Source: Kofleriaceae bacterium
Lineage (GTDB): Bacteria; Myxococcota_A; Polyangia; Haliangiales; Haliangiaceae
Length of the DNA stretch: 64,000 nt
Assembly (NCBI GenBank): GCA_965215005.1
Contig: CBDCCZ010000017.1
Location: 28,221 to 92,220 of the forward strand
Direction of reading: 5' to 3'
Positions within the stretch are counted from its first letter, which is position 1; each line of letters starts with the position of its first letter. Both the position numbers and the translations under genes were made by a program. The notes beneath the pieces were generated by a model. That model saw only the letters and a program-made list of their open reading frames with translations, searched no databases and was not told where the DNA came from. Shown one piece after another: positions 1 to 14,564 of this stretch.

Positions 1-1590
1 GTGAATGAGCAGCGCATCGTCCTCTTCGGGTGTCATGTAGAACACCGACACGCCATCCACCTGTTGATGAAAGCGCGATAACACTGTCTGCGTGAGCATC
101 GTCGCGCGCTGCCACCAGCTCGCGTCGCCACTGGCTTCCGCCAGATCCATGAACGCTGCGGCGCAGAAGGCATAGTCATCCAGGGTGCCTTCTAGCTTGG
201 TGACACCGTCTTTGAAGACCCGCCAGAGTCGCTGACCACTCTCATGCAACATTCTCTCGGCCAAAAAACTGGCCACGCGAGTGGCAAGAGCGAGCGCTGG
301 CTCATGTCCGGTGGCTTCCCAAGCCCGCACCAGGCCCGAAATCAGCAGTCCATTCCAGCCGCTCAGCACTTTGGTGTCGGTCTCGGGGGGAATCCGCCTG
401 CTGCGCGCTTCCAGGAGCCGTGCACGCATATCGGCGAGCGCCGCCTCATCCGACTCCGAGCCGCGCGGGCTCACGCGCTCGAGAACATTCTTGCCCTCGA
501 AGTTGCCCGCTTCGGTGACTCCATAGGTCTTGGCGAAGAAGATGGCATCGACCGGCCCGAGCACCGCGCGGAGCTCATCTGGTGACCATACATAGTACTT
601 GCCCTCTTCGCCTTCTGAGTCGGCATCTTGACTAGCGTAGACGCCGCCAGATTCGTGCACCATTTCGCGCTCGAGCCACACGATGGTCTCTCGAATCACG
701 CGCGCAAAGTCAGGATTGCCGGTCATCGCGAAGGCATCGCCATAGATGCCGAGAAGTTGGCCGTTGTCATACAGCATCTTTTCGAAATGCGGCACGAGCC
801 ACTTCTGATCGACTGCGTACCGTGCGAAGCCGCCGCCAACATGGTCATAGATGCCGCCTGCGGCCATCTTCTCGGCTTGCAACAAGAACGCAGCCTTAGC
901 CGGCTCGCCAAACGAGAGACGTCCCGCCCGGGCCAAAAAGTCGTGATTAGACGAGCTCGGAAACTTGGGCGCACCGCCAAACCCGCCATACGTAGAATCG
1001 GTCTTCTGCGCCAGCTGCCGGCCCGCAGTGACGAGCAGCCCCGGCTCGAGCGCAGCGGCGGCATCGCCGGCACCCCCGCGGTAGTGCGCGTCGACCTGGG
1101 CCAACCCTTCCATGATCGCTTCGGTGTTTTGCACGACCTTATCGCGCTGTTCACGATAGACCTGCGCCATGGCGGTTAGCAGTCGCGGAAAGCCGGGACG
1201 ACCATATTTGTCCGCCGGCGGGAAATACGTGCCCAAGAAATAAGGCTTGCCCTCGGACGTGAGGAAGGCCGACAGCGGCCAGCCGCCGCCCTCCCCCATC
1301 ACTTGGATGGCGTTCATGTAAATCGCATCGACGTCGGGCCGCTCCTCGCGATCGACCTTCACGTTGACGAAGTGCTCGTTCATGAGCGCAGCGATCGCCT
1401 CGCTCTCGAAGCTCTCGTGCGCCATCACGTGACACCAATGGCACGCCGCGTAGCCGATCGACAAAAACACCGGCTTGTCCTCGGACTTGGCACGAGCAAA
1501 CGCCTCTTCGCCCCAGGGATACCAATCCACCGGGTTGTCCTTGTGCTGAAGGAGATAGGGAGAGCTCTCGGTCGCGAGGCGGTTGGACAT
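1..1590 (-). CDS. Thioredoxin domain-containing protein, YyaL/SSP411 family (3' end runs off the window)
   Basis: Not in the ORF track because it is truncated. Reading the minus strand from ATG at 1590 gives [31 protein letters not shown]...[18 protein letters not shown]...[11 protein letters not shown], the YyaL N-terminal signature. Confidence 0.9.
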   Translation of the reverse strand, partial: MSNRLATESSPYLLQHKDNPVDWYPWGEEAFARAKSEDKPVFLSIGYAACHWCHVMAHESFESEAIAALMNEHFVNVKVDREERPDVDAIYMNAIQVMGEGGGWPLSAFLTSEGKPYFLGTYFPPADKYGRPGFPRLLTAMAQVYREQRDKVVQNTEAIMEGLAQVDAHYRGGAGDAAAALEPGLLVTAGRQLAQKTDSTYGGFGGAPKFPSSSNHDFLARAGRLSFGEPAKAAFLLQAEKMAAGGIYDHVGGGFARYAVDQKWLVPHFEKMLYDNGQLLGIYGDAFAMTGNPDFARVIRETIVWLEREMVHESGGVYASQDADSEGEEGKYYVWSPDELRAVLGPVDAIFFAKTYGVTEAGNFEGKNVLERVSPRGSESDEAALADMRARLLEARSRRIPPETDTKVLSGWNGLLISGLVRAWEATGHEPALALATRVASFLAERMLHESGQRLWRVFKDGVTKLEGTLDDYAFCAAAFMDLAEASGDASWWQRATMLTQTVLSRFHQQVDGVSVFYMTPEEDDALLIH

Positions 1591-1816
1591 GAAGGTACGC
1601 ATAGCGGCGCCAGGGGAGCTTGTAAAGCTCTGTCCCCAGCGCCCGCTCAGCAGTCGGTCGGCGCCGAGAAAACCGCGCATTTCTCTCGGTCGACACATGG
1701 AAACAGCCGCCGAATCACGTCATACTCGCGGCCCCTCGGCGCGTGTGAGCACGCGCGTTGTCGATCTACGACCGCCCTGATACCTCGATTTTCCCACTTC
1801 CCCGGAGCCCGGCAGC

Positions 1817-5775
<3,959 letters not shown>

Positions 5776-5833
5776 TTGATTCTCCTGCGACGCCATGTTA
5801 CGAGGCCGGCGGTTTCGCGAGTAACTCCACGTG

Positions 5834-6133
5834 CATGATGACGGATTGAATAGCCCGGCGCTCGGTCGGGTCGCCGCGACCAAGCCGCGCGCTCGAGCAG
5901 CCTACGAAACCCTCTCCGTAGCCTCGGTGGGGCTCGAGATGGGCCTGGCGGTGGTTATCGGTTGGGCCCTTGGCTGGTACCTCGACGAGCAGCTCGGCAC
6001 CGATCCATATTTGACGATCGTGTTTTTGGTCTGCGGCGTTGCCGCGGGCTTCAAAGGAATGATACGCGTCGCGCGCCAAACGAAACGCATCGCGGCGGAA
6101 TCCAACCCCGCAACTGACACTCCTGGAAGCTGA
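5834..6133 (+). CDS. AtpZ/AtpI-family small membrane protein
   Basis: SVGLEMGLAVVIGWALGWYLDEQLGTDPYLTIVFLVCGVAAGF pattern; first gene of the Fo cluster; start uncertain. Confidence 0.85.
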   Translation, partial: HDDGLNSPALGRVAATKPRARAAYETLSVASVGLEMGLAVVIGWALGWYLDEQLGTDPYLTIVFLVCGVAAGFKGMIRVARQTKRIAAESNPATDTPGS

Positions 6134-6149
6134 ACAACCCCCTCGCACT

Positions 6150-6545
6150 ATGGACTTAAGCGCCCTCAGACGGATCGAGCGCCTCAACTACATCCTCTCG
6201 GGTGTGTTGACCCTGGTGGCGCTGTTCTTGGTGTCGACGCGCGACCAGTTCTTTGGCCTCGCGGTGGGCGCGGGGCTCTCGAGTCTCAACTTCACGATCA
6301 TGCGCTATCTGGTGCAGCGCTGGATGCAAGCACCCGAAGGACGCAAAGGGCCGCAAGCATTTTTCATGGTGCCCAAGATGGCGGCGCTGATGGTACTCAT
6401 CGTGCTCGCGGTCAAGTTTCTACCGATTTCGGCGCCGTATCTGGCAGCCGGTTTTTCGGTTTTTTTGGTCTCCATTGCCATCGAAACCGTTCGTCACTTC
6501 ACCACCCCGCCCGAGACCAACGGGACCGGTGGAGTGGACGAGTAA
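6150..6545 (+). CDS. atpI: ATP synthase subunit I (4-TM accessory protein)
   Basis: Four hydrophobic segments with G...LSSLNF; lies directly upstream of atpB. Confidence 0.75.
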   Translation: MDLSALRRIERLNYILSGVLTLVALFLVSTRDQFFGLAVGAGLSSLNFTIMRYLVQRWMQAPEGRKGPQAFFMVPKMAALMVLIVLAVKFLPISAPYLAAGFSVFLVSIAIETVRHFTTPPETNGTGGVDE

Positions 6546-6557
6546 GCAAGCGACGTC

Positions 6558-7331
6558 ATGGGCGAACACGGAACCTGGTTCGACTTTCTCTATCGCATCG
6601 AGGCACTGCGGCCCCTGCTCGACAACGCCAGGCATTACTTGGCATTCGAGCACACGCCGCTAGGCGAGCACTCGCACTTCACCCTCACCCACGTCTTCGT
6701 GGCGCTGGTGGTGATGCTGTTCATCATCTTGGGCGCAGCGAGCTTCAAGGCCGCGATGAGCCGAGGTGGCGAAGCCGCCTTGGTTCCGCCGCGCACCCTA
6801 ACGCTGCGCAACTTCTTCGAGATCCTCTGCGACGGCATGTACGACCTCACCGTGGGTGTGATGGGCGAAAAGGAAGCCAGGCGCTTCTTTCCGTTCATCG
6901 GCTCGCTGGGGATCTTCATCCTGTTCTGCAACTTGATGGCGCTCATTCCCGGCTTCGCACCGGCAACCGACACCCTCAAGACCAACCTAGCGCTGGCCGC
7001 TCTCGTCTTCCTCGCCACCCACTTCTATGGAGTGAAGGAACACGGCTTCGGCTATCTCCGCCACTTCATGGGGCCGCTCCTTTGGCTGGCACCGATGATG
7101 ATCATCATCGAGCTCATTAGCCATATCGCGCGCCCGATTTCGCTTTCGCTGCGGCTCATGGGCAACATGGCCGCCGACCATAAGGTCATTTTCAGCTTTT
7201 TTGCCCTGGTGCCGATTCTGGTCCCGGTGCCCTTCTTCTTCCTGGGCATTCTGGTCTGCGTCGTCCAGGCACTCGTGTTCTGTCTGCTGTCGATGGTGTA
7301 TCTGTCGATGGCGGTGGCTCACGATCATTAA
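6558..7331 (+). CDS. atpB: F0F1 ATP synthase subunit a
   Basis: IELISHIARPISLSLRLMGNM with the essential Arg; VQALVFCLLSMVYLSMA. Confidence 0.95.
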   Translation: MGEHGTWFDFLYRIEALRPLLDNARHYLAFEHTPLGEHSHFTLTHVFVALVVMLFIILGAASFKAAMSRGGEAALVPPRTLTLRNFFEILCDGMYDLTVGVMGEKEARRFFPFIGSLGIFILFCNLMALIPGFAPATDTLKTNLALAALVFLATHFYGVKEHGFGYLRHFMGPLLWLAPMMIIIELISHIARPISLSLRLMGNMAADHKVIFSFFALVPILVPVPFFFLGILVCVVQALVFCLLSMVYLSMAVAHDH

Positions 7332-7385
7332 CCCGTCGTCGCCCCGTGCGCGCATCGAACCTCAGGACCTAGGGAGAATTACACA

Positions 7386-7727
7386 ATGAAGATCAACATC
7401 AAGTCTCTGCTCTCGATGATGACCGGCCTCTTGGTCGTGGGCATCAGCAGCATGGCGTTCGCACAGGACGCCACCACCGTTGAGCTCGCCAACGCCGAAA
7501 ATGGCGGCTGGATCGCTCTCGCCGCTGGCCTTGCCATCGGTCTCGCCGCCTTCGGTGGCGCCCTCGCCCAGGGTCGCGCCGCCGGCAGCGCCCTCGAAGG
7601 CATCGCCCGCAATCCAGGCGCCTCGGACAAGCTGTTCACGCCGATGATTCTCGGCTTGGCGCTCATCGAGTCGCTCGTCATCTACGCGCTAATCATCGCG
7701 ATTCTGCTCCAGGGCAAAATCGGCTAA
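7386..7727 (+). CDS. atpE: F0F1 ATP synthase subunit c, with N-terminal signal-like extension
   Basis: GxxxGxxxxG helix, ARNP loop, ALIESLVIY carboxylate; GGAG RBS upstream. Confidence 0.95.
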   Translation: MKINIKSLLSMMTGLLVVGISSMAFAQDATTVELANAENGGWIALAAGLAIGLAAFGGALAQGRAAGSALEGIARNPGASDKLFTPMILGLALIESLVIYALIIAILLQGKIG

Positions 7728-7894
7728 TTCGCCGACACCCTGATGCTCGAGTCGCGCTCGACAGCGCGAGTTGTCCGTCAACGCCCGCCGCACGTGCGGG
7801 CGTTGGCATTTTCGGCGCGCTCGCGATGATCGCACGCGCGGTGCATCGACCCGCGAGCAGGCTTGCGCCACGCGCGTGCTATCGTACGCGCGCC

Positions 7895-8461
7895 ATGGCA
7901 GCTCGCGGCGGCGCCCTCCTTCTCATCGGCGCCCTCGTCGCCGGACTCGGCGCCCCGAGCAGCGCCCTGGCGGAAGACTTACCGCCCGGTAAGTTCGGCA
8001 TCGGCGTCGGCTTGCGGCAGGGCGCCGGCCAGCTCGCTGACCAGTTCGGCCTCGGTGGCCTCTGGATGGTCGAAGCCGGCTACCACCCCACCGACACCGA
8101 ACGCGCCTGGTCATTTGGCCTGCACTGGTCCCTGCTCTGGGGCTGGTTCGGCCCCGATGACACTGCCAGCCTTGCCGGCTCGCTCTCGATCCTCGAGCTC
8201 AATATGAGCGCAAAGCTTCGCCGTAGCCTTGGCTCCGTCACCGCGCGCTATGCCGCCTTGTCCGTGGGCGGCACGCTCCTGCGCACCAACGTGCCGATTC
8301 CACCAGACGATGATCGCAGCTACATCGGTCCGCACGTCGCCATTGGGGTCGAGCAGTACCTCGCAAGCGAGTACCTCGTTGGGTTAGAGGGACGCTACGG
8401 CCTCATCTTCGGCGGTCCCGCCAGCCTGTCGCTTCTCCTCACCGTTGGCTTCGGGCGCTGA
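7895..8461 (+). CDS. Hypothetical secreted protein, possibly a small outer-membrane beta-barrel
   Basis: Signal peptide ending ALA, alternating hydrophobic strands, C-terminal LTVGFGR. Confidence 0.55.
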   Translation: MAARGGALLLIGALVAGLGAPSSALAEDLPPGKFGIGVGLRQGAGQLADQFGLGGLWMVEAGYHPTDTERAWSFGLHWSLLWGWFGPDDTASLAGSLSILELNMSAKLRRSLGSVTARYAALSVGGTLLRTNVPIPPDDDRSYIGPHVAIGVEQYLASEYLVGLEGRYGLIFGGPASLSLLLTVGFGR

Positions 8462-8487
8462 CCACCGACGTCGCCGCGATGCGGCGC

Positions 8488-9018
8488 TCAAAACTTATTG
8501 GTCGTCGCCAAGAACGTCATCTTGTCGTTCGTTGCCCGCAAGCGACGCGACAAGGTGCGCACGAAGTTCCACAACAGCTCGTAGGCGAGGTCGCGGTCGA
8601 CGAACAACAGGTCTTCGAGATCAGCGCGGTTGACGACGAACAGGCGACTCGATTCATGAGCGATGGCCGTTGCCGATCGCGGCGCACTGTCGATGAGCGA
8701 CATCTCGCCGAAGTACGCACCGGCGCGCAGCACCGCCAACGCCTCCTCGCCCATCCCGGCAACAAAGCGCGTGATGCGAACTGCCCCCGCCAAGATCAGA
8801 TAGAAACGGTCGCCGGCATCTCCTTCAGAGAAGACGGTCGCACCACGTGCGTGCTCCTCTTCCAGCCCGATATCGACGACACGACTCAGGTGCACCGGTG
8901 GCAGGCCCGCGAAGATATCGATCTGAGCGAGCACCTCAGCGGTGCTCTTGCCGCGTACCTCGACCACTTGCGCCGCTGGCTCTTCACGTTCCTGACTATC
9001 TTGCTCGTCAGCGGCCAT
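8488..9018 (-). CDS. Stand-alone cyclic nucleotide-binding domain protein
   Basis: VFSEGDAGDRFYLILAGAVRI...GAYFGEMSL...PRSATA; no Crp HTH evident. Confidence 0.9.
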   Translation of the reverse strand: MAADEQDSQEREEPAAQVVEVRGKSTAEVLAQIDIFAGLPPVHLSRVVDIGLEEEHARGATVFSEGDAGDRFYLILAGAVRITRFVAGMGEEALAVLRAGAYFGEMSLIDSAPRSATAIAHESSRLFVVNRADLEDLLFVDRDLAYELLWNFVRTLSRRLRATNDKMTFLATTNKF

Positions 9019-9052
9019 GCGGTGCCCCCCCCAAGAAAGATGACCGCCGAAT

Positions 9053-9580
9053 TCAGCCGCCGGTCTGCGGCGCATCCGGCGTTTCGATGCGGCGCCAGGT
9101 ACCGGTTCGGCCGCCGCCCTTGGACTCTAAGCGAACGTCTTCGATGGTCATGTCACGGTCGACCGCTTTGCACATATCGTAGACCGTCAGCGCCGCCACG
9201 GTCACCGCCGCCAGCGCCTCCATCTCCACGCCAGTGCGATCGAAGGCGCGCACCTCCACCTCGACCACCACCGCCGACTTGTCATCTTCCTCGAGCCCCG
9301 ATTCGACCCGAAGATCGACCTCTACGCCGGTAATGCGCAGCGGGTGGCACAGCGGTATCAACTCCCACGTGCGCTTGAGGCCGGTGATGGCTGCGAGTCT
9401 CGCGATCCCCAGTACATCGCCCTTCTCGATGTCGCCCGAGGTGACGAGCGCCGCCGTTTCTGGGGCCATGGTGACGCGGCCCGTGGCGATGGCGAAGCGC
9501 GCACTCTCGGCCTTGCCGCTGATATCGACCATGCGCGCGCGTCCTTGGTCGTCGAAGTGTGTGAGTTTTTTGTCTGTCAC
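9053..9580 (-). CDS. moaC: Cyclic pyranopterin monophosphate synthase
   Basis: LTHFDDQGRARMVDIS, KGDVL, LIPLCHP, TGVEMEAL, YDMCKAVD, KGGGRTG; GTG start at 9580 inferred. Confidence 0.95.
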   Translation of the reverse strand: MTDKKLTHFDDQGRARMVDISGKAESARFAIATGRVTMAPETAALVTSGDIEKGDVLGIARLAAITGLKRTWELIPLCHPLRITGVEVDLRVESGLEEDDKSAVVVEVEVRAFDRTGVEMEALAAVTVAALTVYDMCKAVDRDMTIEDVRLESKGGGRTGTWRRIETPDAPQTGG

Positions 9581-10302
9581 GGTGCCTTTGGGAATTGAAA
9601 CTCGATGATTTGTTGGCCCTCGAACGGCAACGTCATAGGCGCATCCACACACTGCAGCTTGGAGGGCTGTTTGGGCGTCGTGGTGAGGCGCAAGCCGCAA
9701 GCACGCACCGTGTACTCCTGCGGAGGTGCTGGCGCTTTCGTATAACACTCGCAACCACGTCGCTTCGGCCCCGTGCGCTGGTAAATGAACTCCTCGCCAT
9801 CCCACGGCAGGTCATACGACTCTCCCGGCGGCACGATGACGCGCTGCTCGGCTTCGCGCACTTCTTTGGGCTTGGTTGGCTCCTCGCACACAGGGCATAG
9901 CTCTTCGGCATCACAGGCGGCGGTGCAGTGCTTCGGGAAAGGAATGATGGACACTGCGTTGGGCTTAACGCCATAAAACGGCAAGACGTTGGGCTGCCAA
10001 CCGTGATCGATGCTGAACACCAAATCGATATCGGAGGTATTCACCATCCGAAATATCACCGGTGCAGTCTCGAGCAGCCCCGCATCCCCTAACGGCACAC
10101 CGCCGTCCCCGTAGGGCTCTTCGCCTAGCTCGGTCTGGTCGAAGCCGCCAATGTCGTTGGTGCTTTGCCCTGGAGGCGTGCCTTCCCCCACCCCGCGCTT
10201 GCCGCCGCACGCCATCATTGCCAGCAGACAAGTGCCAACAGAAGCCAATCCATGAGAACGCTTCACCTTCGATGTTCCTCTCGATAATCGTTGGGGCGGC
10301 AA
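9577..10302 (-). CDS. Hypothetical Cys-rich lipoprotein
   Basis: Lipobox-like LAMMAC; several Cys (CTAAC, CPVC, CECY); overlaps the moaC start; true start probably downstream of 10302. Confidence 0.6.
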   Translation of the reverse strand: MPPQRLSRGTSKVKRSHGLASVGTCLLAMMACGGKRGVGEGTPPGQSTNDIGGFDQTELGEEPYGDGGVPLGDAGLLETAPVIFRMVNTSDIDLVFSIDHGWQPNVLPFYGVKPNAVSIIPFPKHCTAACDAEELCPVCEEPTKPKEVREAEQRVIVPPGESYDLPWDGEEFIYQRTGPKRRGCECYTKAPAPPQEYTVRACGLRLTTTPKQPSKLQCVDAPMTLPFEGQQIIEFQFPKAP

Positions 10303-10311
10303 CGCCGCAGG

Positions 10312-12135
<1,824 letters not shown>

Positions 12136-12381
12136 TTCGTTTGCTCCTTGCTAGCAACCAATAAGCAGCCGCTATCTTCGACCGAATCGGGCCGCCTTGC
12201 CAGGGCGCCGAGCGGCTTGCGTGGAGGTCGAGGAGCTGGCGCGGCCAAGACTACATCAGAGCTCGCAGTCGTCATCGTCGCTGTACAGACGCGATGGAGG
12301 TGCTCCTCCGACAGCGAAACGCTGTGCTGAAAACGGTGATCGCGCTGAGCGGACGATGCGCCTGCTACTGTGTGCGCTGCG

Positions 12382-12732
12382 CTATTGCGGCCGCTTCTTT
12401 TTTGCGGCTGGCTTAGCGGGCTTGGCAGGAGCATTGGCCGGCCCAGAGGTCGCCGGAGCCGCGGGCTCGTCAGCGGCCGCCGCGTCGCCTGCGGGTTGCT
12501 CCCCCTCGAGCTCGCCGTCCGGAATCTCTGGGACAGGATATTCCTCGACCGGTTCATCGTCGAGCTCATCGAGATCGAAGCCATCGCCGTCGAGCAGCTC
12601 TTGCCGGTCAGGAGCCTCGTACGCGAGCAGCGGATACTCCGTGGGCACCATTCCCGCGCCGCCGCCACCGCCGCAGCCGGCCCCCATCAATAGCGCAGCG
12701 CCTAGCGCCGCCACGAGTTTTCCCAGTTGCAT
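12382..12732 (-). CDS. Small acidic hypothetical lipoprotein
   Basis: MQLGKLVAALGAALLMGAGC lipobox; low-complexity D/E/P/A body with a basic tail. Confidence 0.55.
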   Translation of the reverse strand: MQLGKLVAALGAALLMGAGCGGGGGAGMVPTEYPLLAYEAPDRQELLDGDGFDLDELDDEPVEEYPVPEIPDGELEGEQPAGDAAAADEPAAPATSGPANAPAKPAKPAAKKKRPQ

Positions 12733-12891
12733 CAAAGTTGCCTTTCCAGTGCCTTGCGAGCGCACCCGCGCGCTCACGCTATCAAATGAGCTCCGCAGTT
12801 CCAAACCCGACAGCCTGCAACCGGCAGATGCCCATCCTATGGAACGCGACGCAGACTGCCCGGTCGTGACGACATTTTACTGCACCCCGCC

Positions 12892-12920
12892 TTGACACCT
12901 GCCCCTGCCCCCGCTAAATA
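12892..12920 (+). promoter_or_regulatory. Probable sigma70-type promoter of tRNA-Gly
   Basis: TTGACA (12892-12897), 17-bp spacer, TAAATA (12915-12920), 30 bp upstream of the tRNA. Confidence 0.55.
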
Positions 12921-12950
12921 CGTTTTCCCAATCGACAGGCGCTTCGCCAT

Positions 12951-13025
<75 letters not shown>

Positions 13026-13053
13026 TCTCCTAATCATCCGTATTTGAGGTCAT

Positions 13054-13086
13054 GACCGGTTTAAGCGAACGCTTTAACCGGTCTTT
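13054..13086 (+). terminator. Hairpin downstream of tRNA-Gly (probable intrinsic terminator)
   Basis: GACCGGTTTAAGCG-AA-CGCTTTAACCGGTC (14-bp arms, one mismatch) followed by TTT. Confidence 0.65.
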
Positions 13087-13218
13087 GGCGTTTCGGCCCT
13101 CCGTCGTCGGCGCTATCGCGTGAGCAGTGGGCGGTTTGCCTGCCGCGAACATCGGCACAGCGGGTTGCGAGCACCTCGCGGCTCTGGCGGTACGCCGCTC
13201 ATGCTCCGCGGCGCGAAT

Positions 13219-13326
13219 CGTGAGCCACGGCGAAAGGCATCATCGACGGCCCGACGCGTGAGCCGCGGCGGAAGCCATCATCGATGGCCAGACGCGTGAG
13301 TCGCGGCGGAAGCCATCATCGACGGC
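13219..13326. repeat. Intergenic 38-bp tandem repeat, about 3 copies
   Basis: Units start at 13219, 13257 and 13295; consensus CGTGAGCCGCGGCGGAAGCCATCATCGACGGCCAGACG. Confidence 0.85.
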
Positions 13327-13424
13327 GTCGAAGCCGGATAATGGGCCGCGTCGATCACTCGTCGGCCGCCCTTTGCCCCGCATCGGGCAGCCGACATCGC
13401 GTCAACGATCGTGCGGCGGCGATG

Positions 13425-13901
13425 CTAGGCGCGGGTCCAACGCGCGCTGGCGGGGAACATGCCCTTTCGCCAAGGGTTGCCTTCTTCAGAGACTTTCTTG
13501 ATCCGTCGCGACTGCAATAGTGGTTGTCGCACCTGCCGCACAAAGGTCTCTGGACCGCCCTCAGGGGCCACCAGTGCTTCCAGCTCCGAGCCTGTATAAA
13601 GCTCCCCTTCGCCCATGCTGTCGAGCAGTTCCTGTCGCTTGCTCTCCCAATACTCCTGCCCACCAAAGAACTTCTTGCCTCGCCGCGACGGCGCCGCGGC
13701 AGCGCCGGGCGATGCGCGGGGACGACCTCGACGGCGCGCCTGAGGCATCATCTGGGAACCGCCGCCTCCGAGTGCCTGTGCAAGCTGCTCCTTGAGCGTG
13801 CTCAGGTGCTCCTCAGTCTCGGTAACGATTTGCTGCTGTTCCTCGACAGCCTCTGCCAACTCGGCGAGGCTCGAGCCTCGAAAACGCGGTTTACCACCCA
13901 T
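13425..13901 (-). CDS. Hypothetical putative DNA-binding protein (coiled coil + AT-hook-like RRRGRPR + helical C-domain)
   Basis: Strong RBS (AAAGGAG) before ATG 13901; heptad-like LAELAEAVEEQQQIVTETEEHLSTLKEQLAQAL; RRRGRPR motif. Confidence 0.65.
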   Translation of the reverse strand: MGGKPRFRGSSLAELAEAVEEQQQIVTETEEHLSTLKEQLAQALGGGGSQMMPQARRRGRPRASPGAAAAPSRRGKKFFGGQEYWESKRQELLDSMGEGELYTGSELEALVAPEGGPETFVRQVRQPLLQSRRIKKVSEEGNPWRKGMFPASARWTRA

Positions 13902-14564
13902 GAAATTCTCCTTTCAGGAGAGTTAGTCACGATGCGCTCACAACTGCAATAGCTCGCGCCAAGGGATCAGCAGTCAAGTGACATTCCTAGGCCGGTCACT
14001 CGACAATATGTATGTTCTTCAAGCGTCATGCAACATGAGTACGCAGCAGTCAAGAATTACTCCGTGTCCCAAGGGTGGCGCGCCCTCGGGGCTCAATCGA
14101 CCATTCTGCCCCATTGCAGCGCACTCGAAAGTAATCCGCAGGAGGTCGCCGAAGCTCATCGACGGCGAAAGCTGGTGCTTTTCTAGGCGCAGACGCCGCC
14201 ATATGACTTATGGGTGCCTCCGCTGCATGCAGCAACGCTGATCAATGGCTCCATCCTCGGGACGGACGAATGAAGTGCACAGCGCAGTGATCGTAGTCGT
14301 CGTGCGCCCCAAGCACGGCGGCCACGAGGTGAGCGATGGCGCAGGAGCTCGTCAGCGCAAAGGACAGCTAGCTTCTCAAGGACCTCTGCAGCGCTATCGC
14401 ATGTGCATACTCTCCATCGGCGCCGCCGGGCGACACACCGCAGGCTCACGGCTCTCATCATAGGACGCCACCGACTCCCGCGCCGGCTACTACACGTCGC
14501 ACTCTTTCCCTGCAAGACGGTACCCGCAATGGTAGCTTGGGGCAGGAGCGACAAGGAGCGGGGG

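Noticed and set aside
12136..12380. glmS ribozyme upstream of glmS
   Set aside because: No recognisable conserved core, and the ribozyme is mostly found in Gram-positive lineages.
13219..13326. 38-bp repeats as a CRISPR array
   Set aside because: The units are contiguous with no unique spacers, and no cas genes are in the window.
13950..14560. Short ORFs or an ncRNA in the long intergenic region
   Set aside because: No motifs, RBS or convincing structure; only an 11-bp direct repeat (CAGCAGTCAAG) of uncertain meaning.
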